NCBI RefSeq assembly: GCF_001194135.2 | Contig: NC_068981.1 | Coordinates: 147,942,081-148,006,080 of the forward strand | Reading direction: 5' to 3' | DNA length: 64,000 nucleotides | From: Octopus bimaculoides | Taxonomy: Eukaryota | Shown here: positions 1 to 10,871 of the stretch, piece after piece | How the letters are laid out: each line of letters starts with the position of its first letter | How positions within the stretch are numbered: the first letter of the stretch is position 1 | The notes under the pieces: model-generated | Seen by the model: the letters and a program-made list of their open reading frames with translations, nothing else | Told to the model about the DNA's origin: nothing | The model's database searches: none | Translations under genes and position numbers: made by a program

Positions 1-156
1 TGAGTGGTTGGCGTTAGGAAGTGCATCCAGCTGTAGAAACTCTGCCAAATTAGATTGGAGCCTGGTGTAGCCATCCGGTTGCACCAGTCCTCAGTCAAAT
101 CGTCCAACCCATGCTAGCATGGAAAGCGGACGTTAAACGATGATGATGACGATGAT
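1..156 (+). mobile_element. 3' tail of RTE-clade LINE (5'-truncated copy or RTE-tailed SINE)
   Basis: Matches the reverse complement of the 3' UTR end of the long RTE at 10872-11040 (gagtggttggcgttaggaag...ccaacccatgctagcatggaaagcggacgttaaac) and ends in a (GAT)n tail. Confidence 0.85.
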
Positions 157-400
157 ATATATATATAGCAGTATACCAGTGTTGTAAAAAAAAAAACAAC
201 ACTTTCGTTAATAGAAAATGGTGTATTATTGAAAATAGTGGGAAAAACCATTGATAAGTTTCTTAACTAAAATCTCAGCACTTTATATTCAACAAAAAAA
301 TGTTTCAAAAATGTGATGGTGCTTTTAACATTTGTGAAGCCTTTCATAATAGAACTTTTAATACAAAAGTGTGTGGATGTGTGTGTTTGTGTATATATAT

Positions 401-912
401 AACAAAAGGTAATTTGTATATCCGATTAAACATGGATGCTTTGTTAGAACAACAAATATTGCATTATTAGCCTTGAGAAATCCTCTACAGAGGCACTTGG
501 TGCATAAAGCTTACACATAGATCATAGCAAATGAAAGTCATCTGTCATGGATGATGGAATTCCGATATCATGTGATTTCGGTCTTTTGGACCTCCTCAGT
601 GGGAAACACCAATCACTGGATGTCAGTCAAATTTCACTACCACAATATATAGAATATCAACATCTTTTCGGGCATTGATGTCATAAATAGCTAACAAGCT
701 AATTAGAAATTAATTATTAGCAATGGAAGCAGTACTAATACCAAAAGGGAATCTTTATATCCAACTTAGCATGAATGCCTTGTTAGAACACCAAATACTG
801 CATTATTAGCATTTGAGAGATTCTCTCATATACATGCTTGGTGCATAAAAGCACATGCATAAATCACAGCAGATGAAATTTGTCTGACTTGGGTTCTGGA
901 ATTCCCATATCA
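401..912 (-). mobile_element. Retrozyme-like / Penelope pLTR-like tandem: one ~342-nt monomer plus a partial copy
   Basis: 401-570 and 740-912 are diverged direct repeats; the unit contains a hammerhead fold; the array adjoins a (TG)/(TA) microsatellite at ~370-400. Confidence 0.65.
560..605 (-). ncRNA. Type I hammerhead ribozyme (minimal)
   Basis: Minus strand reads UUCCCA-CUGAGGA-GGUC-CAAAA-GACC-GAA-AUC-ACAU-GAU-A/UCGGAA: intact CUGANGA and GAAA core, 4-bp stem II, 3-bp stem III, AUA cleavage triplet. Stem I is 5/6 paired, and 6/6 using the sibling copy (UGGGAA at 902-907). Confidence 0.8.
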
Positions 913-2283
913 CAAGTGTGAATTGTTGCTTATGCATGCAGGAGGAGAAGGTTTCACCCATAGTATTTAAAATGTTTATTGTTGATGTTATGATATTTAA
1001 TCAAGTTTTATGTCAAAATATGTGAAAATATGTGAAACTCCACAATTATCTGCACATATGTACAAATATGAACAATTATGTGCACACACTTAAACATGAA
1101 CAAAATGCATAATGCAGGTGTGTGTGTATATATATCTATGTGTGCACATATTCTGCATGGATGTACATGTGCATATATGTGTGTATTCATATTCATATTT
1201 ATATTATATTTATAAACTTGAATGTGGCCAGAACTAATGTAAGGGAAATCGTAATTGGGAGTTGTTTCATCTGATCTATATATTTATGTTTATTTCAAAA
1301 TCCCTCACAGTTTTGTGAAGATTTGTTGTATTGTCATCTAAAATAGAGACAAGTAGCAACATCCCAAGTGGCAGGTTTGATAATTGCTGAGAATTCTCGG
1401 CATGAAACCAATAGTGATGTTGCTAACACACAAATAAAGAATATTTATCCACCAATGTGGTGTCGAGAACTCTCAATGTTCGATATTAGTGTATATATGG
1501 GTGCGCGCGCGTGTGTGTGTACATACATACAGATTATTTATACATTTCATATATCTATATATGATAATAATTGAAAGAGAAATGTTGTATTAAATAATAT
1601 GATTTGGGAATGTTGTAAATGGATGTGAAGCAGTGAAATTTGTCTAATCTAGGAAAAGGTAGAAGGAAATTTTGCTTTGTAATAATTTATCTGGAAATAA
1701 TGATAAAAAGAATGTCAACTAAAAATCTTTTTGTGTAATTTATTGCTTCCACTTTAAGTTTGAAACTTGTAGCTGACTAAACATCATAACTAATTAAAAA
1801 GCTATAACCTGCAAGTGGTTAAGAAAACAACAACCTATATGAATAGGGGAAAGGAGAAATAACAAAGTTACAAAAATAACAGCACATTATTCTATTTAGA
1901 AGGACTGCCTGAATTGCATCTATTATGTTTCCACAGGGACAAAATAAATGTTTGAATTATTGTGATGCCATTATGAACCCAATGCATTGAGAATCAGTGA
2001 ATGTTGAAAATGTTCTAATTTTATAAGAGTTTCTATTTGCTTATCTGCACTAAAAGTGTTGCTATTAGCAACAAGCCTAGAGGGGGAGTGTTTTTATGAC
2101 TGCTCCAAGCTAGATAATGGCACTTACACTGTGGAAGAAATGCATTCAGCCACAGAATGAAAACAATATATAAGTTTTAATGGACTACTAAAGAAAAATT
2201 TGAAGAAATGAAACAAAAATGATAACAAGAAATCAATACATTAATGTGTTAATGTGTGAAGTTAAGTCATTGTATTCTTTCAG

Positions 2284-2343
2284 TTATCTAAATTGTAAGC
2301 TGGCTGCTGTTAATGAGTTTGCCATCAATAGGGAATCCAGCCA
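2284..2343 (+). CDS. Weak candidate internal exon (YLNCKLAAVNEFAINRESS)
   Basis: tattctttcag acceptor, 60 nt open in one frame, cca|gtaagt donor; no homology recognised. Confidence 0.25.
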
Positions 2344-2597
2344 GTAAGTTGACAAATCAAGAATGTTCACTACTTAACAAAGTTAAGATTTTCTTCAGTT
2401 CAGTATTTTCTTGTAGAGAGTTTTGGCATCATTTATTTAATAGAATTAATTTTAATGTTATCTTTTTTTTTTTTCAGGAAATGAAGCAGTGGAGAAAATT
2501 TATTGACAACAATTTAAAAGGCAACAGGAAATTTTCTCAAACTAAAACACAAACACACACTCATGCATATGCAAATTGATGCATATACAGAATATAT

Positions 2598-2637
<40 letters not shown>

Positions 2638-2799
2638 CGTCATCATCATCATCATCATCATTTAACGTCACTCTCATACATTGTCAGCATTAGCAAAAAC
2701 AGTAATGCTAATTTGTATTAAGTATTGTTTCCCAAAGACAATATAGAGGATGATAAGGAACATAGTTACCCCATGAGTCTAAACAAATCAAGATGTGCC

Positions 2800-3040
2800 A
2801 GTGAGAGAGCCTCTACATGGAAGCTCAACCCACTAGAAATAGCAGCCAAATCCCACTCAAATTCTACTCTATCATCATAAGGAATGAAAGGACACATTAG
2901 GTAATGTAGTTGTAGTTACACCATGTTTGAAAGATTTAAGGAAAAACAAAATTGTCACTGCTATCATGGCTTTGATCACAGGTCTGCTCAGTCACAGGTC
3001 TATTCAGTCAGGACTTGACTACAAGGCTAAACAATAAAAC
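2800..3040 (+). repeat. Unclassified interspersed repeat (core ctagaaatagcagccaaat; ends ...ggctaaacaa)
   Basis: The same core recurs near 26160(-), 36125, 43025, 48762, 59075(-), 60910 and 63378(-). Confidence 0.7.
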
Positions 3041-3443
3041 CAACAAATTAGGTTCAGGATCAGGTTCAAGACAACTAATGACCCTGCTTTTGTTTTCTCT
3101 GCTGTGAAAACTAGTATCAAGGAACTGCTCTACCATGAAAGCATTCCTCTGATTATTCTTCCCTAGAACATAGCACTCAATCAAAACCCATAGCCTGGAG
3201 AAACTGTAGCCACATAGTAAGCAATGCAATCTCCAATTTCCATCTTTTCCAGACACCAGCCAACATGACTTAACTGATTCAGTAAGGTATTTGAGCTTTG
3301 CAATCACATTATGCTGCGTTACAAGTAGCAGATAGCCTAATAAGACCTAGCTTCTCTTAAGAATGCTTAGCTGTTGGTTTCTTTATGAGGGGTTCTTACA
3401 TCCTTTGATAGGTTTTAATTTTATTCCTGCTATATTTTCACCA

Positions 3444-3827
3444 GTGGAAGCACAATGGCCCAGTGGTTAGGGCAGCGGACTCACGGTCATAGGATCGCGC
3501 TTTCGATTCCCAGACTGGGCATTGTGAGTGTTTATTGAGCAAAAACACCTAAAGCTCCATGAGGCTCCGGCAGGGGATGGTGGTGAACCCTGCTGTACTC
3601 TTCCACCACAACTTTCTCTCACTCTTACTTCCTGTTTCTGTTGTGCCTGTAATTCAAAGGGTCAGCCTTGTCACACTGTGTCACGCTGAATATCCCCGAG
3701 AACTACATTAAAGGTACACGTGTCTGTGAAGTGCTCAGCCACTTGCACGTTAATTTCACGAGCAGGCTGTTCCGTTGATCGGATCAACTGGAACCCTTGA
3801 CGTCGTAAGCGACGGAGTGCCAACAAC
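3444..3827 (+). mobile_element. Full-length tRNA-derived SINE, (CAA)n tail, 12-bp TSD
   Basis: A box TGGCCCAGTGG, B-box-like TTTCGATTCCC; TSD atattttcacca at 3432-3443 and 3828-3839; close paralogue at 45188-45574. Confidence 0.92.
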
Positions 3828-4904
3828 ATATTTTCACCAAGTAAACTGGTCTGGGTTGGCCAGTTCAATAACCAATCACTCAGCCACAAGACAGATTGCA
3901 CTAGGCTACATCATGCCAGTAGCATGTAGACCTTACCTCCTAAAACAGGCTAATAGTCACAGCTGGAACTCTTTTGATTAAGGGCTTCGTTAACAACAAC
4001 AATCTAACAACTATCCTTCTACTAGTGTCATTTGTACTAATTTTCTTCAAAATCTGTACAATAGTACATGATGTAGTGTCAGAATTGACACAAATGCTCT
4101 TTTAGGTTAATGATAAAAAGGTTTTAGTTTTCTATTACATTTACATTAAGCATGGTTTTTTAAAGGAATATAAATCAACCCCAACATTTGACCAGTATTT
4201 CATTTTATGGATCCAGTGAGATGAAAGGCAAAGTTGACTACAGACAAAATTTGAACTCAGAACTAAATACCACAAAACACTAATAATACTGCTAATCTAC
4301 CATCAATAAGTCAAATGGAATAGCTAGGTAATTTTAAACATATTTTCTCTGAAATTTATCAGAAATAAGTTGAGATGTCGAGATATGTATGTATTTTTAT
4401 TTTTTTTAAATGAGAAAATGGAGGAAAAAAATTAGGATAATAAATTACTGAAGTTGATGTGTTTGAAGATATTAAGGTATCTTCTCAGGTTTCTCAATCT
4501 TTCATAATTTTAAATATTTTATGAATACTTTTATTTATTTATTTTTTTTTTTGCCTATAAAATTTGAATTTCAAGCCAAATATTTCATGTTGTATAAATT
4601 CCGTTTCTAATTTCAAAAACCATTTCATGCAATCTTTATTTAGAATAATTGATTTTAATATTGGTTTTCCTCAAAATATTACAAGAAAAAAAATCTTGGG
4701 GATGATTAAGAGAAAGTGTTAATGATTACAAGGAATTCAACTCACACCTTTATGATCGATTGGCTTCAACAGTCTTTTGCTCAAAATTTACATTACTAAC
4801 TCAAACAAACGTCTGATTTTGCTCTCAGTTGTTGTTTTCTAAAGAGTGAGAAGCATCAGAAAAAAATACTTCACAGTATTTATGTACATTATAACATGGA
4901 TGCA

Positions 4905-5187
4905 ACATGGCTGAATAGTCAAGAAGTTTACTTCATGATCATGAGATCCCATGTTCAATTCCAGTGCATGGCACACAAGCTTTTTACCATAGTTTTTAGT
5001 ATGAACTGTATGTCTAAGGTCAACTCAAGCTTTGTGAGTAAAAGTAGAAACTGTATGTAGAAGCCATTACAGGTACAGTCCATCAAATGATGGACTGTAC
5101 CTGTAATACAAAGGTTTAACCATGTTGCACTGATATCACCTGAGGATAATATTATGGTTACACATGTCTGTGGAATGTTCAGTCATT
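4905..5187 (+). mobile_element. Old composite SINE (head of microsatellite-bearing family plus central domain of the 3444-type SINE)
   Basis: 4905-5065 resembles the head at 34019; 5097-5187 resembles 3645-3745 (gtacctgtaatacaaagg...tacacatgtctgtggaatgttcag). Confidence 0.55.
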
Positions 5188-5572
5188 TCTTTCACTTTTT
5201 GCTTGCTTCAGTCATTGGATTGCAGCCATGCTGGAGCACCACCTTGAAGGGTTCAGGTGAACAAATTGACCCTTATACTTATTTCTTTTATTTAAGATGT
5301 GTACTGATTTTATAAGTCTCTTTCACTAAACAACAAGGTTATGAGAACATAAACAAACCAACACTAGCTATCAAGCATTGAGGAAGGACAAATGCACACA
5401 CACACACACAATGGGCTTCCACACAGTTTCAGTTTACTAAATTCACTCACAAAGTGTTCATTGACCAGAGACTATAGAAGAAAACGCCTGTCCAAGATTC
5501 CACACAACATGACTGAACCTGAAGCCATGTAGCAGCAAAGAGAGCTTACTTTACCATACAGCCATACCTGTG
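5186..5572 (-). mobile_element. tRNA-SINE with internal (CA)n microsatellite, diverged full copy
   Basis: Reverse complement of the family at 34019-34477 (head, internal repeat, ...ctccagcatggctgcaatcc...gaagcaag tail). Confidence 0.75.
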
Positions 5573-6670
5573 AACTAATTCACGTAGTAGATAGATCAGT
5601 TGATCAAACAACTGAATACTCATTGTCAACACCAACAGAACTCCATTTACATCACAGGAAAGTTGCTCTCTCTCTCTCTATATATATATATATATCTCTC
5701 TCTCTCTCTCTTTGATGAAAGGCTTTGCTTAAAACATCTAAATTCTCATTTCCCTGTTGCATACAAATTTATCTAAATCTATAAAGTTTCATAGATCATT
5801 TTGGCTAACACAGACCAACATTAGTTCCTCAGCCTTTGATATTTTGTTGCTTTAAGGTATTTGTATCATGTGGTTTGGAAACTAAATTCTGATATGATCA
5901 ATTTGTACTTCATCCCTCCAAATTCACAAAAATAAAATGAGGTTTTTTTTTTTCCAGCCTATAATACTAACATGAACAAATGCTTAGAACTACTACTATA
6001 GTTATACATATAATAAAAAAGCTTTAACTTATTTTCAAAGGTTGATCCAGTATTTAATAATGAGTTCAATATAGTCCTCTTAAGTAATGTGTTTAATACA
6101 GTTCAGAACTAAAAACTAAAAGTATAAAACAATATTTGACTAACAGAATCTTCTGTTTATGTGCTTAATGACTGTTAGCTGATGTTATAAACTCAGACTG
6201 TTAATGTCAAAGTTTAGATAAAGTTAATATTTTAATATATTTGAGCCAACACTGAAGTCTCAGATTCACTGGTCTACTGTCAGAAATGTCAAAGAAACAG
6301 ATAATAGAAACTATAAATTCAAACTAGCTATTAATGAAATGCCATGATAAATATCAGTAACAGACAGAAATTAACTGGTTGTTATCAAAAATGACCAGCA
6401 TCACCTGATCTTTGTAACTAAACCCTATATCACTGTATGTGCAGCATATGTCAGAGGCATTGAAAGTAGTGTACTTGGGGTGGAGGTGATGGCATAGCCC
6501 TTACACTTTGGGAACAAACAGGTGTGAATAGATGTGAAATTTTCTTCAATTACTTATAATACTTGTTAATTATGGTAACAACACCAAAATTACCTTTGTA
6601 GCCGAGCACAAAGAACTCTTGATATGCACATATATTCACAAGGCACATTTTAAGAAAACATATATACATA

Positions 6671-6832
6671 GGTGCAGGCGTGGCTGTATGGTAAGAAGCT
6701 TGCTTCCCATCCACATGGTCTGAGTTCAGTCCCACTGCATGGCACCTTGTCCAAGTGTCTTCTACTATAGCCTCAGGCCTACCAAAACCTTGTAAGTGGA
6801 TTTGATAAATGGAAGCTGAAAGAAGCCTGTCC
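6671..6832 (+). mobile_element. tRNA-SINE 5' half (same family as 34019)
   Basis: ggtgcaggcgtggctgtatggtaagaagcttgc...ggcaccttgtccaagtgtcttctactatagcc...gaaagaagcctgtc. Confidence 0.8.
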
Positions 6833-6839
6833 TATTATA

Positions 6840-7018
6840 CTGGGTCATTCCATAAATAATGCAGTTTTTTTAGAGTTCTTTTATTTTTCAAAATTAAGAT
6901 AAACAAAGTTCTTTTTTAAAATATAAAATATACTCTTTCCTTTTCTACAATGCTCTTCCACCTATCTGGTTGACTTGCTAGGCCCCTCTTCCAAAATTCC
7001 CTTGTCTGTGACAAAAGG
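6840..7018 (-). mobile_element. mariner transposon 3' end fragment
   Basis: Minus strand encodes LSQTREFWKRGLASQPDRWKSIVEKERVYF (mariner transposase C-terminus-like), followed by a TIR-like end ...gcattatttatggaatgacccag and TA at 6838-6839. Confidence 0.7.
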
Positions 7019-7179
7019 CGAGGAAATATGAGTGAGGGGGAATGAAAGAACGAAGAGTGGAATGAACGAATAAGGGTGAAAGGGCTAACAGACAGAAATA
7101 GAGTCATACAAGATTTAGAAAAATGTATACTTACATATGAGAGACAGAGTGTACGTACTCCGCTATATATATATATATA

Positions 7180-7615
7180 AATAATAGAAAATGGGACAAG
7201 AACGCAAAACATCCAGAGAATTAGGTGATACAAGAAAGGGACAACAAAACATCCAGATAGACGATATGAAGAAAACAAGGACAGGTCATTCGGAGTTTTC
7301 TTTCATCAGTCGAGATTCAGATTATCTTTGCAATTTCGGCTGGTTATACTCGATATTGCTCCAATCTGGCCAGCCCCAAGGAAAAACTAAGCTAAGAGCA
7401 TTAGATTCCTCGGAAGAAAGCAGCAAATGTATACAAAAACAAGGACAGAAAAAAAATGAACAATGTTATACAAATACAATAAAAATAACAGGACATAACA
7501 ACAGGTGTCTTTCGACTAAGGATGAATTAAATTAAGCTGGCGTGTGTGGAAATGAAGCCTTATGGCAGGGATACAAGATTTCACAGGCACAGGGAGGAAT
7601 ATCGATGTTCCACGA
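7180..7615 (-). mobile_element. CpG-retaining interspersed repeat bounded by (TA)n, possibly Penelope-like terminal repeat
   Basis: Relatively CpG-rich, flanked by TA runs, truncates the mariner fragment, and carries a non-canonical CTGATGA...CCGAA motif near 7280-7310. Confidence 0.4.
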
Positions 7616-7669
7616 TATATATATATGTCTGTAAAAAACATAAATCCAAAAGAAGAAGCAGTATATATT

Positions 7670-7860
7670 AAAAATGGGGAAGGTCGGTTTATTGGATTAC
7701 CTCAGGTTTCCCATCCATAAAGGGTTTGGCTTTACGGCATATCATCAGATCCCAAAACCTTGGGCCAAGAGGTTTTGGTATCTGATGATATGCCGTAAAG
7801 CTAAACCCTTTATGGACAGGAGACCTAAGGTAATCCCATAAACTAGCCTTCCCCATTTTT
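7670..7860. mobile_element. Foldback / MITE-like palindrome with ~90-bp arms
   Basis: aaaaatggggaagg...cagatcccaaaacct pairs with aggttttggtatctg...ccttccccattttt around a short loop (tgggccaag), with scattered mismatches. Confidence 0.85.
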
Positions 7861-7896
7861 GATGTATGTATGTATGTATGTATGTATGCATGTATG

Positions 7897-7934
<38 letters not shown>

Positions 7935-7935
<1 letters not shown>

Positions 7936-8082
7936 ACAACAAACTTCTTTCAGTTTTGATCTACCAAATCTTAAGGTTTTGGTCAGGCCAGGGCTATAAT
8001 AGAAGACACTTGCCCTACAGTGGGAGTGAACCCAGTACCATAGAGTTGGAAAGTAAACTTCTTAATCAAATAACCATACCTG
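7935..8082 (-). mobile_element. tRNA-SINE 5' half (34019 family) adjoining (CA)n
   Basis: Reverse complement of the head and body up to the internal microsatellite. Confidence 0.7.
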
Positions 8083-8175
8083 TGAAGTATGAAATTCACT
8101 GAGATAATACAAAACTTATTGAAATAATAACAGAACTCAGTCAAATAGAATGGAATTAAGTGAAATAATTATATC

Positions 8176-8254
8176 ATCATCATCATCATCATCGTTTAAC
8201 ATACGCTTTCCATGCTAGCATGGGTTGGACGATTTGACTGAGGACTGGTGAACC
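8176..8254 (-). mobile_element. RTE 3' tail fragment
   Basis: (CAT)n cgtttaac...tttccatgctagcatgggttggacgatttgactgaggactgg. Confidence 0.8.
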
Positions 8255-10386
8255 AATATGGAAATAATAATTTTTATATAAATTTAAAGGGAAAACTTTC
8301 AAATATGAATATTACTGTATCTTTTGAAGTTGTCATTGTTTGATAAATGTCTTGATCTGAGAACTTGTTTTGAAACTAAAGTTATGTAAGAGCCATTTTA
8401 ACTATTCCAGAACACACAAAAATTTACATTCATTTTCCAATTATATCTTGAAGTGCTGAAATTTTCATCATACTTCTGTCACCCCCATCATTGAAAAAAT
8501 TTCACTGCAATTGTTGACTACCCTTTAGATACCCCAGTAGGAGATTACCTGCAGTAGAAACAGGATTTTGGGTTGATAACATAACCATCATATCCACTTA
8601 CATAACAGGAAGCCAGTGGGGAACTCACTTGTAATCAGAAAAGACCCTGTTATATTGGCAACTGCCAAACTGAACATTCAGCAATATGCTTCATAAGAGT
8701 AATAAAACATGTCACAAACACACCCACCTCTAGAACAAAACATATTCAGTATTTTATTTTCTGAATGTAGTTATATGGTTACACACAAAAAAGATAATTT
8801 CAGGCTATATAAAGTAGCTATAGAAAAGTTTGAAAATATCCTAAACAACAATGCCAACGGAATATGCTTTCTCTATACCATAACAAGATTTGGATCAAAG
8901 TAGTTAGCAATAATAATTGTTTCTAATTTAAGCACAAGGTTAGCAATTTTAAGGAAGTGGTTTAATCAGTGCCATCAATCCCAGTATTTGACTAGTACTC
9001 TGTTTCATTGACCTTGGATGGTGTCAAACTCAGTACTAAATCAGCTAACAGGTTTAAGAAAATCCTCTGAGAAACTAAGCTTAATATTGAAATTATATAA
9101 AAAGTAAGACAGGTAGAATTATTAGATCAATAATTTGTAAATCTTGACATTTTGACACCTGTACAAAGACTAAGCTATGTGCCAAAAATCCACATACCAC
9201 TTGCAAAGTAAAAAATATAGTATACTACATAAGGTGCCAAGAAGGAGCATGTGTTAACCTTCCTGAAACTTAAGAGAAACAGTTTGAAGTATCAGTGAGC
9301 ATTGGAACAACTATGTTGAATAGAAAACTACTTTCATACTTTTCCAACATGCACTAAAATATAATGGTTCGATCAACAGACTTAAAGTGACTGTTATATC
9401 TACACCTAATTATGATACAATGCTAAGATGAGTAACTGAATTAGTTTCTATACAAAAGTATGAATCCAGTAACTCTGAACTAAAACTGGCCTGAACTATG
9501 ACAATCCATCCAACCCATGCCAGCATAGAAAGCAGGCATGTGGTGAGGGTGGTGGTATAGTTAAAATTACTTTCAAATGAGGTTTCCTTTGCTAATTACA
9601 AAATGTTGAGACATAAATATAAGTGATAAATTTTCTGTAAAATTGGAAAGATACAACAGAAAGGACGTTAGAGAAAATAAGAAAATGTAGCAGTTAATGT
9701 TTTTCTAATGCAGAAAACTTATTGTTTAAATATGTCGGACAGAGTAATAATTAAAATAATATACACAATAGATATTACAATATATAAACAATATAATTTG
9801 CTGAACAATCAAATTTCAGAACAAAAGCAAGATCTATTATTTTTGTTATTGGTTGTAATTAAATGAGACACTATATCAAAAGTAGTTCTTTTGTTGTTAT
9901 GTACAACCTGCTTTATAAGTACTAATACATTGTCTGTTGTTTTACAAATAGAATAAATTATATTCTGTTCCATAGAAATATAGCTATATATTTATCATAA
10001 AAATAACAAATGGCTAAACAATTAGAAATAAAATACATATTCAATTTTAACTTTGTAAATAGCTATATGCAAATTAAATACATGCTTTTGAACCCAGATG
10101 TTGTACTGAAAAAATGAGCTCCTGCTCCCATCAATAAATAATTAAATAACATCAATGAGACTTTTATCATGTCTTGGGCTGTTAAACATAGAGCCCAACT
10201 CTTTCTAGATCTAACCACTTTCAATTTTTTCTGAAGAGAGAGAGATGAAGTAATCAAATATTATTAGTACATTATTGACTACCAAAGGGAAGGAAAGACT
10301 GAAATCATCAGGATTTGATCTGGGAGAAGAGGACTGAAATGAATATTATAAGGTATTTTACCTGACCCTCTAACTACTCCAATTCA

Positions 10387-10443
<57 letters not shown>

Positions 10444-10544
10444 NNNNNNNNNNNNNNNNNNNNNNNNNNNNNNNNNNNNNNNNNNNNNNNCTCTTGAAGA
10501 AGAAGAAGAAGAAGAAGACCCATCAAGCCAAGTAAAATTTCAGT

Positions 10545-10755
10545 TGAGGCAGATACTGGTGTCACGCTAATGGCATCCATGCCAGTGGCATGTAAAGCAC
10601 CCATTACACTCTTGGAGTGGTTGGCATTAGGAAGGGCATCCAGCCATAGAAACCATGCCAAATCAGACTGTAGTCTGGTGCAGCCTTCCAGCATGCCAGC
10701 CCTGGTCAAACCATCCAACCTATACCAGCATGGACAACAGATATTAAATGATGAT
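10545..10755 (+). mobile_element. RTE 3' tail copy
   Basis: gtggcatgtaaagcaccc...gagtggttggcattaggaagggcatccagcc...ccagcatggacaacagatattaaatgatgat. Confidence 0.8.
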
Positions 10756-10871
10756 ATATATANNNNNNNNNNNNNNNNNNNNNNNNNNNNNNNNNNNNNN
10801 NNNNNNNNNNNNNNNNNNNNNNNNNNNNNNNNNNNNNNNNNNNNNNNNNNNNNNNNNNNNNNNNNNNNNNN

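Noticed and set aside
2478-2579. Strong polypyrimidine acceptor 134 nt after the 2284-2343 candidate
   Set aside because: Splicing the two gives an immediate stop (QK*), and no GT donor closes the open frame.
3444-3520. tRNA gene
   Set aside because: The tRNA-like head continues into a 380-bp body with TSDs and a paralogue, so it is a SINE, not a tRNA gene.
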